Shown in pieces: positions 55,552-64,000 of a DNA stretch of 64,000 nt. Position 1 is the stretch's first letter; each line of letters begins with the position of its first letter. This stretch comes from a virus, in IMG/VR virus record IMGVR_UViG_3300032213_003587, positions 52,442-116,441 of that record; one strand, 5' to 3'. A model generated the notes under the pieces. The model saw only the letters and a list, made by a program, of their open reading frames with translations, did no database searches and had not been told where the DNA came from. The translations under genes were made by a program, and so were the position numbers.

Positions 55552-57065
55552 TATTTGTTTCTTAAACCAGTAAATGTTCTCTGACCGCCAGGATGTGGTT
55601 CTGGAGCTACGGTATGTAGCCGCTCGGTGCTGCCCTGATCTGCTTTCATGGCATCAATCTCTGCCTGCTTTTGTTTGGCCAATTTTAAATAATGGCTGGG
55701 GTCCGGCAAGCCGCTTTTCTTGCGGAGCTCTTGATGACGATCGTACAGACTCTTGGCCTCGGTCTTCATCTTCTTTTCTTTGTGTTTCAAACTACGAGCC
55801 CGGGCCTGAGCATCCTTTTCCGGCTTGATTAGATGCACGGGTTTAACCAAACCGCTGTGACTCATGCTGCCTGCGCTAACACCCACACTCTGTCCGGTGT
55901 TATCGAAAGTAATATTGCTCATTTCGTTCTGCTGTTTTTTATCCTGATATTCTTGTTTCTGTTGAGCTTGTTTTTCTGGTGACATAACAGCCGTCTGTTT
56001 CTGCTTTCTCATCATAGCCTTTACCAGAGCCGCACTTTTCATACCGCCGGCTTCGTCAAGCTTCACATCTTCGTTTTGCTTGATCTTGTTCATCTGATTT
56101 TTAACCATGTTCATTTTACTCATATGAACTTTTACTGCTTCATGATCGCCGGCTTTATTGGCCGCTATGGCCTTCTCTGAATGACGAGCATGTGCTGCCT
56201 GAAGATTGGCCAGCTTGTCTTTACCCCAGGCTGCTTCGTCAATGCCAACTTCTTCAGCATGCATTTTGATGTTCTTTTTGTCTAGCTGAATAGAACCACC
56301 GTCATGGTCCACTGTATATGTCTTGGGTGCGCCTTTGAAGGCACCGTTGCGAATTTCGCCGACATGACCGGTTTTACCATGATAGCTCTTGCCGGGTGCA
56401 TGAATCATTACCTTGGAGCCGAGCTTGATGGCTTCGTCTAAATCGATTTCTTCGTTGACAGTACCAATGTAGTGATGATCATGTACTTTGTAGCCTTTGC
56501 GTTTATAATGTGCAATGGCGCCCTTGATGGCTGTTTCACGGTCATCGCCTTTTATACGTATTGTTTTCTGAATGGTTTCCTTGCGCTTGCTAACCATGGG
56601 ATGGTTAGGATCAGTTACAGTCAATCCAATGCGATGCATGTTTTCCTGTTCGGCCATGGCATAGGGACGAGTCTTAGTACCGCCGTGCCATACCGCAGCA
56701 TTGCTAGCCGCAGAATTGGTAACCGAAACCTGATGGTTGGGATTGCGTTTTTTATGTTCTTTGGCATGACGTTCCGCACCTTCACGAGTGGGAAACTTCA
56801 TGACATGCGCTCCGCTGGGAGTAGTCTTCAAGGCATTGTTGACCTTGACATAGTATTCTTCTTCGATTTCAGTTTCTTCGTTTTGTCGTTTAGCACCATA
56901 GGCTGCACCTAACGCCATGCGGATGCGTTCTTTTTTACTCTTGCCGGCAAACTTGGGATTGTCACTGTGCACAAAATCCGATATCCATTTACCCGTAGGA
57001 TCTGCGGCTCGCAGTTTTTCCATGAGCTCGGCTTCTTCGCGAATATCAAACAATGTCTTTGCCAT
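55551..57065 (-). CDS. Modular probable internal head polyprotein
   Basis: WISDFVHSDNPKFAGKSKKERI module; repeated NEE and (L/I)DEA junctions. Confidence 0.7.
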   Translation of the reverse strand: MAKTLFDIREEAELMEKLRAADPTGKWISDFVHSDNPKFAGKSKKERIRMALGAAYGAKRQNEETEIEEEYYVKVNNALKTTPSGAHVMKFPTREGAERHAKEHKKRNPNHQVSVTNSAASNAAVWHGGTKTRPYAMAEQENMHRIGLTVTDPNHPMVSKRKETIQKTIRIKGDDRETAIKGAIAHYKRKGYKVHDHHYIGTVNEEIDLDEAIKLGSKVMIHAPGKSYHGKTGHVGEIRNGAFKGAPKTYTVDHDGGSIQLDKKNIKMHAEEVGIDEAAWGKDKLANLQAAHARHSEKAIAANKAGDHEAVKVHMSKMNMVKNQMNKIKQNEDVKLDEAGGMKSAALVKAMMRKQKQTAVMSPEKQAQQKQEYQDKKQQNEMSNITFDNTGQSVGVSAGSMSHSGLVKPVHLIKPEKDAQARARSLKHKEKKMKTEAKSLYDRHQELRKKSGLPDPSHYLKLAKQKQAEIDAMKADQGSTERLHTVAPEPHPGGQRTFTGLRNK

Positions 57066-57073
57066 ATCTTTCC

Positions 57074-57283
57074 TTATTGCACGCCGATAGCGGCCTGCGT
57101 AATTTCGTTGACCCAGGCCGCAATTTCTGGTCGGTTTTTATAACGATCAGCGGCCGCTGTAATCTTTGCATCCTTCTGTGCTTTATCGATCTTTTGACTG
57201 ATAAACTCTACAAGTATGCTGCGAATTTCTTCGTGTAGTTTTTCATCCTGTGCTGCAATTGCCTGCTGTTTTTCTGGACCCAT
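57074..57283 (-). CDS. Hypothetical late protein
   Basis: AGGAG SD; AATAAATA at 57308-57315. Confidence 0.65.
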   Translation of the reverse strand: MGPEKQQAIAAQDEKLHEEIRSILVEFISQKIDKAQKDAKITAAADRYKNRPEIAAWVNEITQAAIGVQ

Positions 57284-57313
57284 AGTTAATCTCCTAGCTC
57301 ATCGCAGTATTTA

Positions 57314-57742
57314 TTATTTAATTAGGCTGCGCAGCATCCAGGCCAGCTTCTTGTGCGCATCATAGCGGTCCTGCAGGAAGTTACTCAAACCAACTTCGCC
57401 CGCAGCATCTGCGCTCATATACGCAGTAAGCAGACCTTCCATTACAGTTTCGTTGTCAGCCAACAGTCTTTTGAACATATCCAGAGCCGCAGGTATGGTA
57501 TTGTCGTCCTGAATTTTAGTAAGTTCCATGAGCATGCGATGAGCGGCTGGAGCATAGCTCTGTAGGGCTCGGACCTGCTCGGCAATGACATCAACGGCCG
57601 CAAAAAGCTCTTCGTAGATCTTGCCCAAAAATTCATGGTACTGTACAAAGTCCGGACCTTCTACATTCCAATGATAATAGTGAGACTTGGCATATAGGGC
57701 GAATGTATCGGCCTGCACTCTTTTTAAATCATCTACCAACAT
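57314..57742 (-). CDS. dps: Dps (mini-ferritin, DNA protection protein)
   Basis: HYYHWNVEGPDF.QYH, D.IAE..R, H.K.AWMLRS. Confidence 0.93.
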   Translation of the reverse strand: MLVDDLKRVQADTFALYAKSHYYHWNVEGPDFVQYHEFLGKIYEELFAAVDVIAEQVRALQSYAPAAHRMLMELTKIQDDNTIPAALDMFKRLLADNETVMEGLLTAYMSADAAGEVGLSNFLQDRYDAHKKLAWMLRSLIK

Positions 57743-59584
57743 TTAAACCTCCATCTTGCGAAATTGTTTGAGGCGTCGCACACCTTTGTGTTGTTCGGGT
57801 TTAGGTAAAGATCTCAATCCGTCTTGAGTTGTTACACCGGCAAGTGCGGTTGCGATGTTTGCTACCTTAATCTCTATGGGTGCAGCATCATTCTGTTCGT
57901 GCTGATGTTGCAGGCGTTCCTGTTCAAGTTTACGCAGTTTAGGTAAAAGACGATTGCTGATTCTTGTTACCGCGGCTCGGCTTTTGCTGACTATGTTTTC
58001 AATGCGATTCTTTTCGGCTGCACTTAGATCGGCTTTATTACGACCTCGCAACAAGCGCGACATAATCATGGTGCGGGCACCGACAATGGCTCGCTTCTTT
58101 AATTTGGCTGGTGTGCTGGCACGATGACGAGCCACACGCGCAGCTATTTCACGACGTGACCGAGACTTTAAGAAGTCCAGCTTCTTTTTCATGCGTTGAG
58201 CCGCTGTTAGATCTTCGGATAGTGCATCACCATCCAACTCAAATTCTTCTTCGGCTTCCTGGTGTTCCTGATCGGCATATAGATGTCTGATGTCGGCCCA
58301 GCGCAGTTGATTGATGTGACGTTCAATTTCTTCCAAATCTTTTTCATCCACACCATCTTTATCCTGGTGTTTATTGGGATCAAAGGCTTCGCTGTGCAGC
58401 TTGATATGCGATGCAATCCTCATCATTCTATGAGCCGCATCCTGCATGTAATTGTGATGATGATCCAGGGCCTGTGCACCGGCCAGCAGGCCGGCTGCCT
58501 TGGCCATGTTGCGTTCAAATTCTGCGACTGCGTGATCATCTAACTTACCTTCTTGTTCGGCCCAATCCAAGATATTCAAATAATGAGCAGTGCTATCCAA
58601 GGCACCGGCCAGCATGGTTGGATCAACATCTCCGCGCTGCGCATCAGTGTGAAATGCGGAGTGTGCCTGAGCATGACCGCGAATTCGATCTAGACTGCGT
58701 TCTGTGTTGATGTGCTGCGGATCTGCCTTGGCAGTCTGACTAGGGTTGTTCATATATGCAGCAAAACTACGACGTGCTGCCGGAGCGTCTTCTTCCATCA
58801 AACTATCAACCGCATCCAACCAGCGTTTTACTGCTAGTTCTTCGTCAATCTGTACAGTGACATAGGTTGGACCACGATATACAATGCGGCCATTTAGACC
58901 GGTATAGGTGTCGTTGACCATTTCGCCAAGACGCAGAACCTCGCCGGCTACATAGGCTTCTCTCTGATTCTCTTCGTGCATGCCCATGCCGTGACGCACG
59001 TCGCTGTAGATAGCATGACTGTGCTTTTCTGAAGCGCGAATCTTGGATGGTAGATTGGCTTTGAACTTTTCGTAGTTGCCGCTGGCAGCGTGCTTGCGCA
59101 TGTCGGTGCCACTGATGCCTTCTTTTCTTTCGCCGGTGTTTTCCGTAGTGATGCGATCAAACTTGTAGTAGCCGTGACTCTTGCCATGCACACCGTTGTA
59201 GTCATGCAGCAACTTGTGATATCCTGCGGCTCTATCGCCACCACCGGCAAGGATCAGATGTTTGACACCGGCAGCATGTGCTTTGCTGGCCTGATGCAGA
59301 ATGCTGGGCTCGTCCGGTGAACTGGTGCTGATATGCGTATTTTCCAGATGACCAAAAGCTCGTTTCAGATGTGTGGCCTTTTGTTCGCGAGTCAGGGGAT
59401 TCTTTTTCTTGTCATGGGTATGACTGGCCACCACATGCAGTTCCGCACCATGAGCCTGCGCAATCTTATGCGCTGCCTTGACATTTTCTTCGTGTCCACT
59501 GGTGACCGGATTCATGCGACCAAACAACACAACCCGGGATTTGGGTTTGGTTGCTTCGGCAATTACGCTGCGAAAGCTTTTCAT
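57743..59584 (-). CDS. HxGH nucleotidyltransferase (cytidylyltransferase-like) fused to further modules
   Basis: FGRMNPVTSGH, KNPL, GGDR, ISGTDMR; leader MKSFRSVIAEA. Confidence 0.85.
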   Translation of the reverse strand: MKSFRSVIAEATKPKSRVVLFGRMNPVTSGHEENVKAAHKIAQAHGAELHVVASHTHDKKKNPLTREQKATHLKRAFGHLENTHISTSSPDEPSILHQASKAHAAGVKHLILAGGGDRAAGYHKLLHDYNGVHGKSHGYYKFDRITTENTGERKEGISGTDMRKHAASGNYEKFKANLPSKIRASEKHSHAIYSDVRHGMGMHEENQREAYVAGEVLRLGEMVNDTYTGLNGRIVYRGPTYVTVQIDEELAVKRWLDAVDSLMEEDAPAARRSFAAYMNNPSQTAKADPQHINTERSLDRIRGHAQAHSAFHTDAQRGDVDPTMLAGALDSTAHYLNILDWAEQEGKLDDHAVAEFERNMAKAAGLLAGAQALDHHHNYMQDAAHRMMRIASHIKLHSEAFDPNKHQDKDGVDEKDLEEIERHINQLRWADIRHLYADQEHQEAEEEFELDGDALSEDLTAAQRMKKKLDFLKSRSRREIAARVARHRASTPAKLKKRAIVGARTMIMSRLLRGRNKADLSAAEKNRIENIVSKSRAAVTRISNRLLPKLRKLEQERLQHQHEQNDAAPIEIKVANIATALAGVTTQDGLRSLPKPEQHKGVRRLKQFRKMEV

Positions 59585-60234
59585 TTTGATTCCTCGGAAT
59601 GGAACTTCTGTAAACTACCGTCGGGCTGAGCATGCCAGGCATGGAAGTTGGTCGAAGGATATTCGTGTTTTAGTTTTAAAAAGTGATGCAAATTGGTTTT
59701 ACTGTCATCGTACATATGCACACTACCATAGGGATGCTTGTCCAGATAGCGGCGCAGCACAGCGTTCTTTTTAACGGCCGGCAGATCGTTGCCGGGCTCG
59801 TTGCCGGCGCGATGTGCATGTATGGGCTTTTCAGCATGATCCACAGCCACACCATGTCGGCGAAATGTATCCAAGAACTTATTCTTATCATCAAAGTCGG
59901 CTCGAGCAGTATTCATGATAACACGACTATGCGGAACATTGACTACGTGATGATGTATGGCCTTGATCTTTCGCAGCATTTTTGGTATAGGCTGACTTGT
60001 TGTAGCAAACTTACGAGCACTTCTAAACTCATGAAAGTCGTAGCTATGACCTTTTTCCAGCTTGTGATCATTGAATTCGGAATTGCTCAGAGTCTGTACG
60101 GTCTTGCCTGTGCGATCCTTTACATGGATCTTGGCATGCGTATGGAACAGGGTATCGTCGATGTCAAAGACATGCAGGCTGCTCTTCTTGGCAGCCTCAT
60201 CCAGCGTTTCTATGTGTTCTAATAGACTTTTCAT
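59581..60234 (-). CDS. HAD-superfamily phosphatase (PNKP-3'-phosphatase-like)
   Basis: FDIDDTL, TAR, K, YDDS..NL; leader MKSLLEHIETLDEA. Confidence 0.85.
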   Translation of the reverse strand: MKSLLEHIETLDEAAKKSSLHVFDIDDTLFHTHAKIHVKDRTGKTVQTLSNSEFNDHKLEKGHSYDFHEFRSARKFATTSQPIPKMLRKIKAIHHHVVNVPHSRVIMNTARADFDDKNKFLDTFRRHGVAVDHAEKPIHAHRAGNEPGNDLPAVKKNAVLRRYLDKHPYGSVHMYDDSKTNLHHFLKLKHEYPSTNFHAWHAQPDGSLQKFHSEESK

Positions 60235-60590
60235 TGCTTGTAATGCGCGTGTACTTCGCGTCCTTGGAATTCCACGTAATGAGCATGAGTTACCGGAGTA
60301 TTATCGTCTTTGTGAACGAACGGATGCTCAATGTTACCGGGATTAAATTTAATAGCTCTTTTAACATGACCCTTAGGTATTGCTTTGGCCGGTGTTCCGT
60401 GCATATATGCATAAACTCGTTTGCCGGCTTCCTGTGCATCATAATCGATGTGCGGACGAGCATTCTTCAATATTACATGTGGATGCTCGCCTTTGAGTCC
60501 GTGACCTTCGCTGTCATGACGCATCTGCCAATGTTGATTGGTATGATTGTAGTTCACCATGTCTTCGCGAATCTGTCGCAGAGTCTTCAT
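60231..60590 (-). CDS. His-rich small protein with capsid-targeting-like leader
   Basis: MKTLRQIRED; 15 His in 119 aa. Confidence 0.65.
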   Translation of the reverse strand: MKTLRQIREDMVNYNHTNQHWQMRHDSEGHGLKGEHPHVILKNARPHIDYDAQEAGKRVYAYMHGTPAKAIPKGHVKRAIKFNPGNIEHPFVHKDDNTPVTHAHYVEFQGREVHAHYKQ

Positions 60591-61792
60591 TTAAATCCGC
60601 CTTTGCTTAGATTAGCCTGAGCAAATCCGCCGCTGCCTCGATTAATGTATTTGGTGGGGCGATTCTCTCGGGTAACTGCCACGGTACCTTCGGCGGTGCT
60701 GGGCTGTCCGTTGATTGAATATTTATAACCGGTTGTATCGCCACGAGTTAGAGCCGGCAAGAGAGCGTTCTTGGCATTGGCGATGTGCTGATGCATCTTC
60801 AATACTGCATCCAGATGTTTTTTGTGCTTTTTAATATGAGCCAAATCGGATTCCATGGCCATCTGCTTCTGTGCCTTGGCCTTGTCGGTTTTCACGCTGT
60901 CTATGGCCTTCTGATGCTTGGCAGCAACGTGCTTGGCCAGTCCTTCCACGCTCGGAGTTTCGCCGTGCACCACACTCTTGTTGATGTAGGTGGTTACATG
61001 ATCCTGCGGTAAAGCATTCAAAGAACTGAACAGCTGATGTCGATCCGCACCGGTGAGTATTTTACCGGCAGCGTTCATTTCCCGTTTGAACGTGCCATGC
61101 TCTTCGTCGGTGTATTTGGCCTTCTTGGAATCAAAGCCCTGATTCCAGAGATGCATATGCACATCTTTGTGCTGCTTAAATCCCGATACGTCAGGCGTAT
61201 AATCGGCCTTGAGATTCTCTAGATTAGTACCTCGGTAGCCGGTATGCACATAGAAGCCCATTTTAGCCTGAGCAATACGAGCAGCCTGATCGCTGCCCTT
61301 CTTGGCTTCGTAGTTTACTAGCTGAGGCTTAAAGTGGTAGTTACCTTTTTCGTCCTGATGCACATCACCGTCTTCTTTGTTGTATAGGAAATCGCCCTGA
61401 TATACTCCGTGCTTTGGAGCAACCTTGGGTAGATGTTTGAGTGCGGCTTTTAATTTGCTGACCAGACCCGGAGCGTGACCGTGATGTTTCAGGATATCGG
61501 CTTCGGTATAATTGATCTTGGGATCTTTGTTGAAGGCTGACTTGCTGGCCACAAAGAAGCGTCCGGTTTCCGGATGATGACCAAAGACCACGCTGGGTGC
61601 GCCATCGTATTTGGTCATTAATCGGGTGCCAGTGTCATGACCCTGCAGCGTTTCAGCCGTGGTTTTCAGGGTATTGAAGGCGTGATGAAAGCCAGGCTCG
61701 CCGGCTTTGATTAGATGATCTTCGGGATGCTCAAGATGCTTGAGTTTATCTTCGGTGGTTTCTTCCACCAGAAAGCTGGTAAAACCTCTCAT
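60587..61792 (-). CDS. DUF6267-like protein with RNA-ligase-type nucleotidyltransferase motifs
   Basis: HLEHPED; TKYDGAP (KxDG), GVYQGD, EGTV, TKY; leader MRGFTSFLVEE. Confidence 0.7.
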   Translation of the reverse strand: MRGFTSFLVEETTEDKLKHLEHPEDHLIKAGEPGFHHAFNTLKTTAETLQGHDTGTRLMTKYDGAPSVVFGHHPETGRFFVASKSAFNKDPKINYTEADILKHHGHAPGLVSKLKAALKHLPKVAPKHGVYQGDFLYNKEDGDVHQDEKGNYHFKPQLVNYEAKKGSDQAARIAQAKMGFYVHTGYRGTNLENLKADYTPDVSGFKQHKDVHMHLWNQGFDSKKAKYTDEEHGTFKREMNAAGKILTGADRHQLFSSLNALPQDHVTTYINKSVVHGETPSVEGLAKHVAAKHQKAIDSVKTDKAKAQKQMAMESDLAHIKKHKKHLDAVLKMHQHIANAKNALLPALTRGDTTGYKYSINGQPSTAEGTVAVTRENRPTKYINRGSGGFAQANLSKGGFK

Positions 61793-61823
61793 GATCGCCC
61801 ATTGGAATAAATTATCAACCTAG

Positions 61824-61831
61824 TATTTATA
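61824..61831 (-). promoter_or_regulatory. T4 late promoter TATAAATA heading the His-rich cluster
   Basis: Perfect consensus, intergenic. Confidence 0.82.
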
Positions 61832-61842
61832 CCAAAACATCT

Positions 61843-62628
61843 TTAGGCAAAGGCATTGATCAGCGGATTTTTTTCTAGTTTTGCTTTGTCGATGCCCGCC
61901 GATCCCAGCAAGGGAGCGATGTTATAGGGCGACGGTGCCACTCGACCAAACTGCAGGGTCATTACGAACTGATAGTCTCCGCCACTCTTATTTTGACAGC
62001 GCACTCGGATTTTAGCTGATGTGGCTGTGGCAAAATTGGGTATGTTTCCGTAGCCCTTTTGAGCTAATACTGTGTTCAAGCCCAGCTCATCTTTGCCATT
62101 TAGAGTATAGAATCCCGTGGTTCCAACATTGATGTAGCTGCAGTGCTTCTTAACATAGTAATCGCAGATAGCCTTGGCTGGTATGGGGATATGAACTTCG
62201 TTCTGTGCGCCGTACTGAGCCAGATCCTTTTTATAGGCTTCTTCCTTGGACTTGGCTAGCACAATGATCTTGCGACCCTGGGCATCGTTCTGCAGCCGCG
62301 GCGTACCCTTGCGCCAACGAGCGCCGTACTGACCGCTGGTGTTCATTTCTGTGAGCAGCTTGTACTGCTTGGCCAGGGCTACTAGAAACTCTTTTTCCGG
62401 ATCACCCTTGGTGTCGCCGAACATCCATTTGCCGTTGTAGTATTTTAGCACTAGACTTCCGGCTGCGGTAGGGCTGAGTTTTAACTCTACCCCGCTGGTA
62501 ATCTTGCCCTTTTTCACGGTTAGGTCGGGCTTGTCATGACTGGCTCCGGCCACTCCGCCGGTGCTGATCTTGTATTTCTGCAGTGCTTCGTACGCATTGG
62601 CTTCGTACACAAAACCTTGTTGGGCCAT
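61843..62628 (-). CDS. Putative PD-(D/E)xK endonuclease
   Basis: GFVYE helix, PDL-x10-ELK, YINVG..GFY. Confidence 0.65.
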   Translation of the reverse strand: MAQQGFVYEANAYEALQKYKISTGGVAGASHDKPDLTVKKGKITSGVELKLSPTAAGSLVLKYYNGKWMFGDTKGDPEKEFLVALAKQYKLLTEMNTSGQYGARWRKGTPRLQNDAQGRKIIVLAKSKEEAYKKDLAQYGAQNEVHIPIPAKAICDYYVKKHCSYINVGTTGFYTLNGKDELGLNTVLAQKGYGNIPNFATATSAKIRVRCQNKSGGDYQFVMTLQFGRVAPSPYNIAPLLGSAGIDKAKLEKNPLINAFA

Positions 62629-62633
62629 GAAAA

Positions 62634-62663
62634 ACTCCGGTGGATTAGACCGGAGTATTTATC
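62634..62663 (-). promoter_or_regulatory. Late promoter GATAAATA overlapping an RBS-sequestering hairpin
   Basis: ACTCCGGT-CTAATCC-ACCGGAGT; SD GGAG lies in the 3' arm. Confidence 0.7.
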
Positions 62664-62678
62664 TTTTCTAGCCTTCGA

Positions 62679-63080
62679 TTACTCGTCGTAATTGATGCTG
62701 TGAATCATTTTAAACTTCTTTTCCAGCGGCCAGCTGCGCAGATAGTCGTTGTCTTCGTCGAACATGCGGAGATATTCTGCGCGATCGATTTCACGAGTGC
62801 TGAGTATGACTTCGCCGAGATGCTGCTGGCTCAATTCGTCGCCCACTCGCTCCATCACCACTTCATCGGCAGCGTGTGATACTTCGTCGCATTCAACAAC
62901 ATAGCGCATGCGATACTGACTCACAGTCTCTACCAACACCAATTTTTTGCCATTGGCTGGTTCTGTGAGAGTAGGTATTGGTGCTTCCTGTACGTACTGA
63001 AATACGCCCTGCTGACCTTTGTAGTTAATTACCGGTAAAAATACTTGTTTAGTCATGATATCCATCATCCTCATATTCAA
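62679..63080 (-). CDS. Conserved phage hypothetical protein
   Basis: LVETVSQYRMRYVVE, SQQHLGE.I.STRE, FDEDNDYL. Confidence 0.75.
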   Translation of the reverse strand: MNMRMMDIMTKQVFLPVINYKGQQGVFQYVQEAPIPTLTEPANGKKLVLVETVSQYRMRYVVECDEVSHAADEVVMERVGDELSQQHLGEVILSTREIDRAEYLRMFDEDNDYLRSWPLEKKFKMIHSINYDE

Positions 63081-63915
63081 TGGTTACTTCGGGATTGAGT
63101 TCTACATACTTCATTTTAAAGGTGTCGGCCTTGTCTTCGTAGCCGTCATAGCCTCGGGGATTGCAGACGATACGACATGTGCCGATTCTATAATCAAAAT
63201 CTTCGTGGGTGTGGCCATGAGTCCACATTTTAATCTGTCGACGATCTAATATCCATTCATCGAGATTGCTGCTATAGGCGCCGTTGAGATAGTATTCGGT
63301 CTTATATCGAGGATGCGTGCTGAACTTGCTGGGGGCATGATGCCCCACAACCACTGCTGGATGATTGGGATACTTGGCCAGCACATCATCCAAGGCTCGG
63401 CGAAACGCATAATGATCTTCCACAGAATCCTGCGGCAAGAACTTACCGCCGGCCAGAGGTCCGGTGTTTTTAATTTGCCGATAATCATTCATAACACCCA
63501 GTACACGACTCATGGTTACTGGATCTTCGCCATTCATGTCGGTCCACAGCGAACCACCGAAGAACAGCACACCGTTGATGATGCGCCATTCCTTGTCCAG
63601 GAGATGGAAATTTTTTAAATCTCCGAAGGTACCGCGCAGGATGGTGGCAGTCTCCGCAAAGTCGCCGTGATAATGTTCGTGATTGCCCATGATCATGAGT
63701 ACGTGTTTAAACTTAGCACAACAATTGACTATGAATGCGTGATAGCGATCTGCGCGTTCATGCACACTCTTAGTAACCGGCAACACCGATCCCGCAACCA
63801 GATCCGAGGCAATGAGAATATCACCGCCCAGTATCAGCACATCAGCATCTTCTTCGTTGTTGATTTTAAGATCACCGAACTCAAGATGTAGATCTGAACA
63901 CACTGCAATTTTCAT
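63049..63915 (-). CDS. Calcineurin-like metallophosphoesterase
   Basis: SDLHLE, GD, GNHEHY, HHAP, HGHTH, CNPRGY; start placed at MKIAV. Confidence 0.92.
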   Translation of the reverse strand: MKIAVCSDLHLEFGDLKINNEEDADVLILGGDILIASDLVAGSVLPVTKSVHERADRYHAFIVNCCAKFKHVLMIMGNHEHYHGDFAETATILRGTFGDLKNFHLLDKEWRIINGVLFFGGSLWTDMNGEDPVTMSRVLGVMNDYRQIKNTGPLAGGKFLPQDSVEDHYAFRRALDDVLAKYPNHPAVVVGHHAPSKFSTHPRYKTEYYLNGAYSSNLDEWILDRRQIKMWTHGHTHEDFDYRIGTCRIVCNPRGYDGYEDKADTFKMKYVELNPEVTIEYEDDGYHD

Positions 63916-63917
63916 TT

Positions 63918-64000
63918 TTATGTCCAAAGTGAACCACGAATTTTAATTAGACGAATCATCATGGCCTCGTCTTCGGCCTCATACTCCGCTTCAATTTTAT
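63918..64000 (-). CDS. 3' end of a hypothetical protein running off the window
   Basis: Hand translation ...EAEDEAMMIRLIKIRGSLWT*. Confidence 0.6.
   Translation of the reverse strand, partial: KIEAEYEAEDEAMMIRLIKIRGSLWT

Noticed and set aside
1-64000. Alternative genetic code (stop-codon recoding)
   Set aside because: Core genes are full length under the standard code and TAA, TAG and TGA all serve as stops

Overview
A 64-kb, gene-dense segment of a large T4-like (Tevenvirinae/Kyanoviridae-type) myophage genome, coded almost entirely on the minus strand. Recognisable T4-type core genes are gp32, gp59, gp33, DsbA, RNase H, gp30 ligase, gp61 primase, NrdA/NrdB, ThyX, dCMP deaminase, PhoH, GroES, spanins and a GH19 endolysin. 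The tmRNA tag and PqqA sequence suggest a betaproteobacterial host (inference). Several elements are missing from the ORF track. One is a 24-aa PQQ precursor gene (pqqA, 5361-5435). Another is a circularly permuted two-piece tmRNA gene (~8536-8838, tag ANDELYALAA). There is also a rubredoxin translationally coupled to rubrerythrin, and several small ORFs. A ~10-kb late cluster (52.1-61.8 kb) encodes His-rich proteins that mostly begin with T4-like capsid-targeting leaders. It includes an RNA-ligase-like nucleotidyltransferase, a HAD phosphatase and an HxGH nucleotidyltransferase, and may be a virion-packaged, injected enzyme module. Two glycosylation/methylation islands are present. Regulation includes repeated sigma70-type promoters, T4 late promoters (NATAAATA), many apparently leaderless transcripts, and promoter-overlapping RBS-sequestering hairpins in front of two nucleases and the primase. 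All family calls come from motif recognition by eye; no searches were run.
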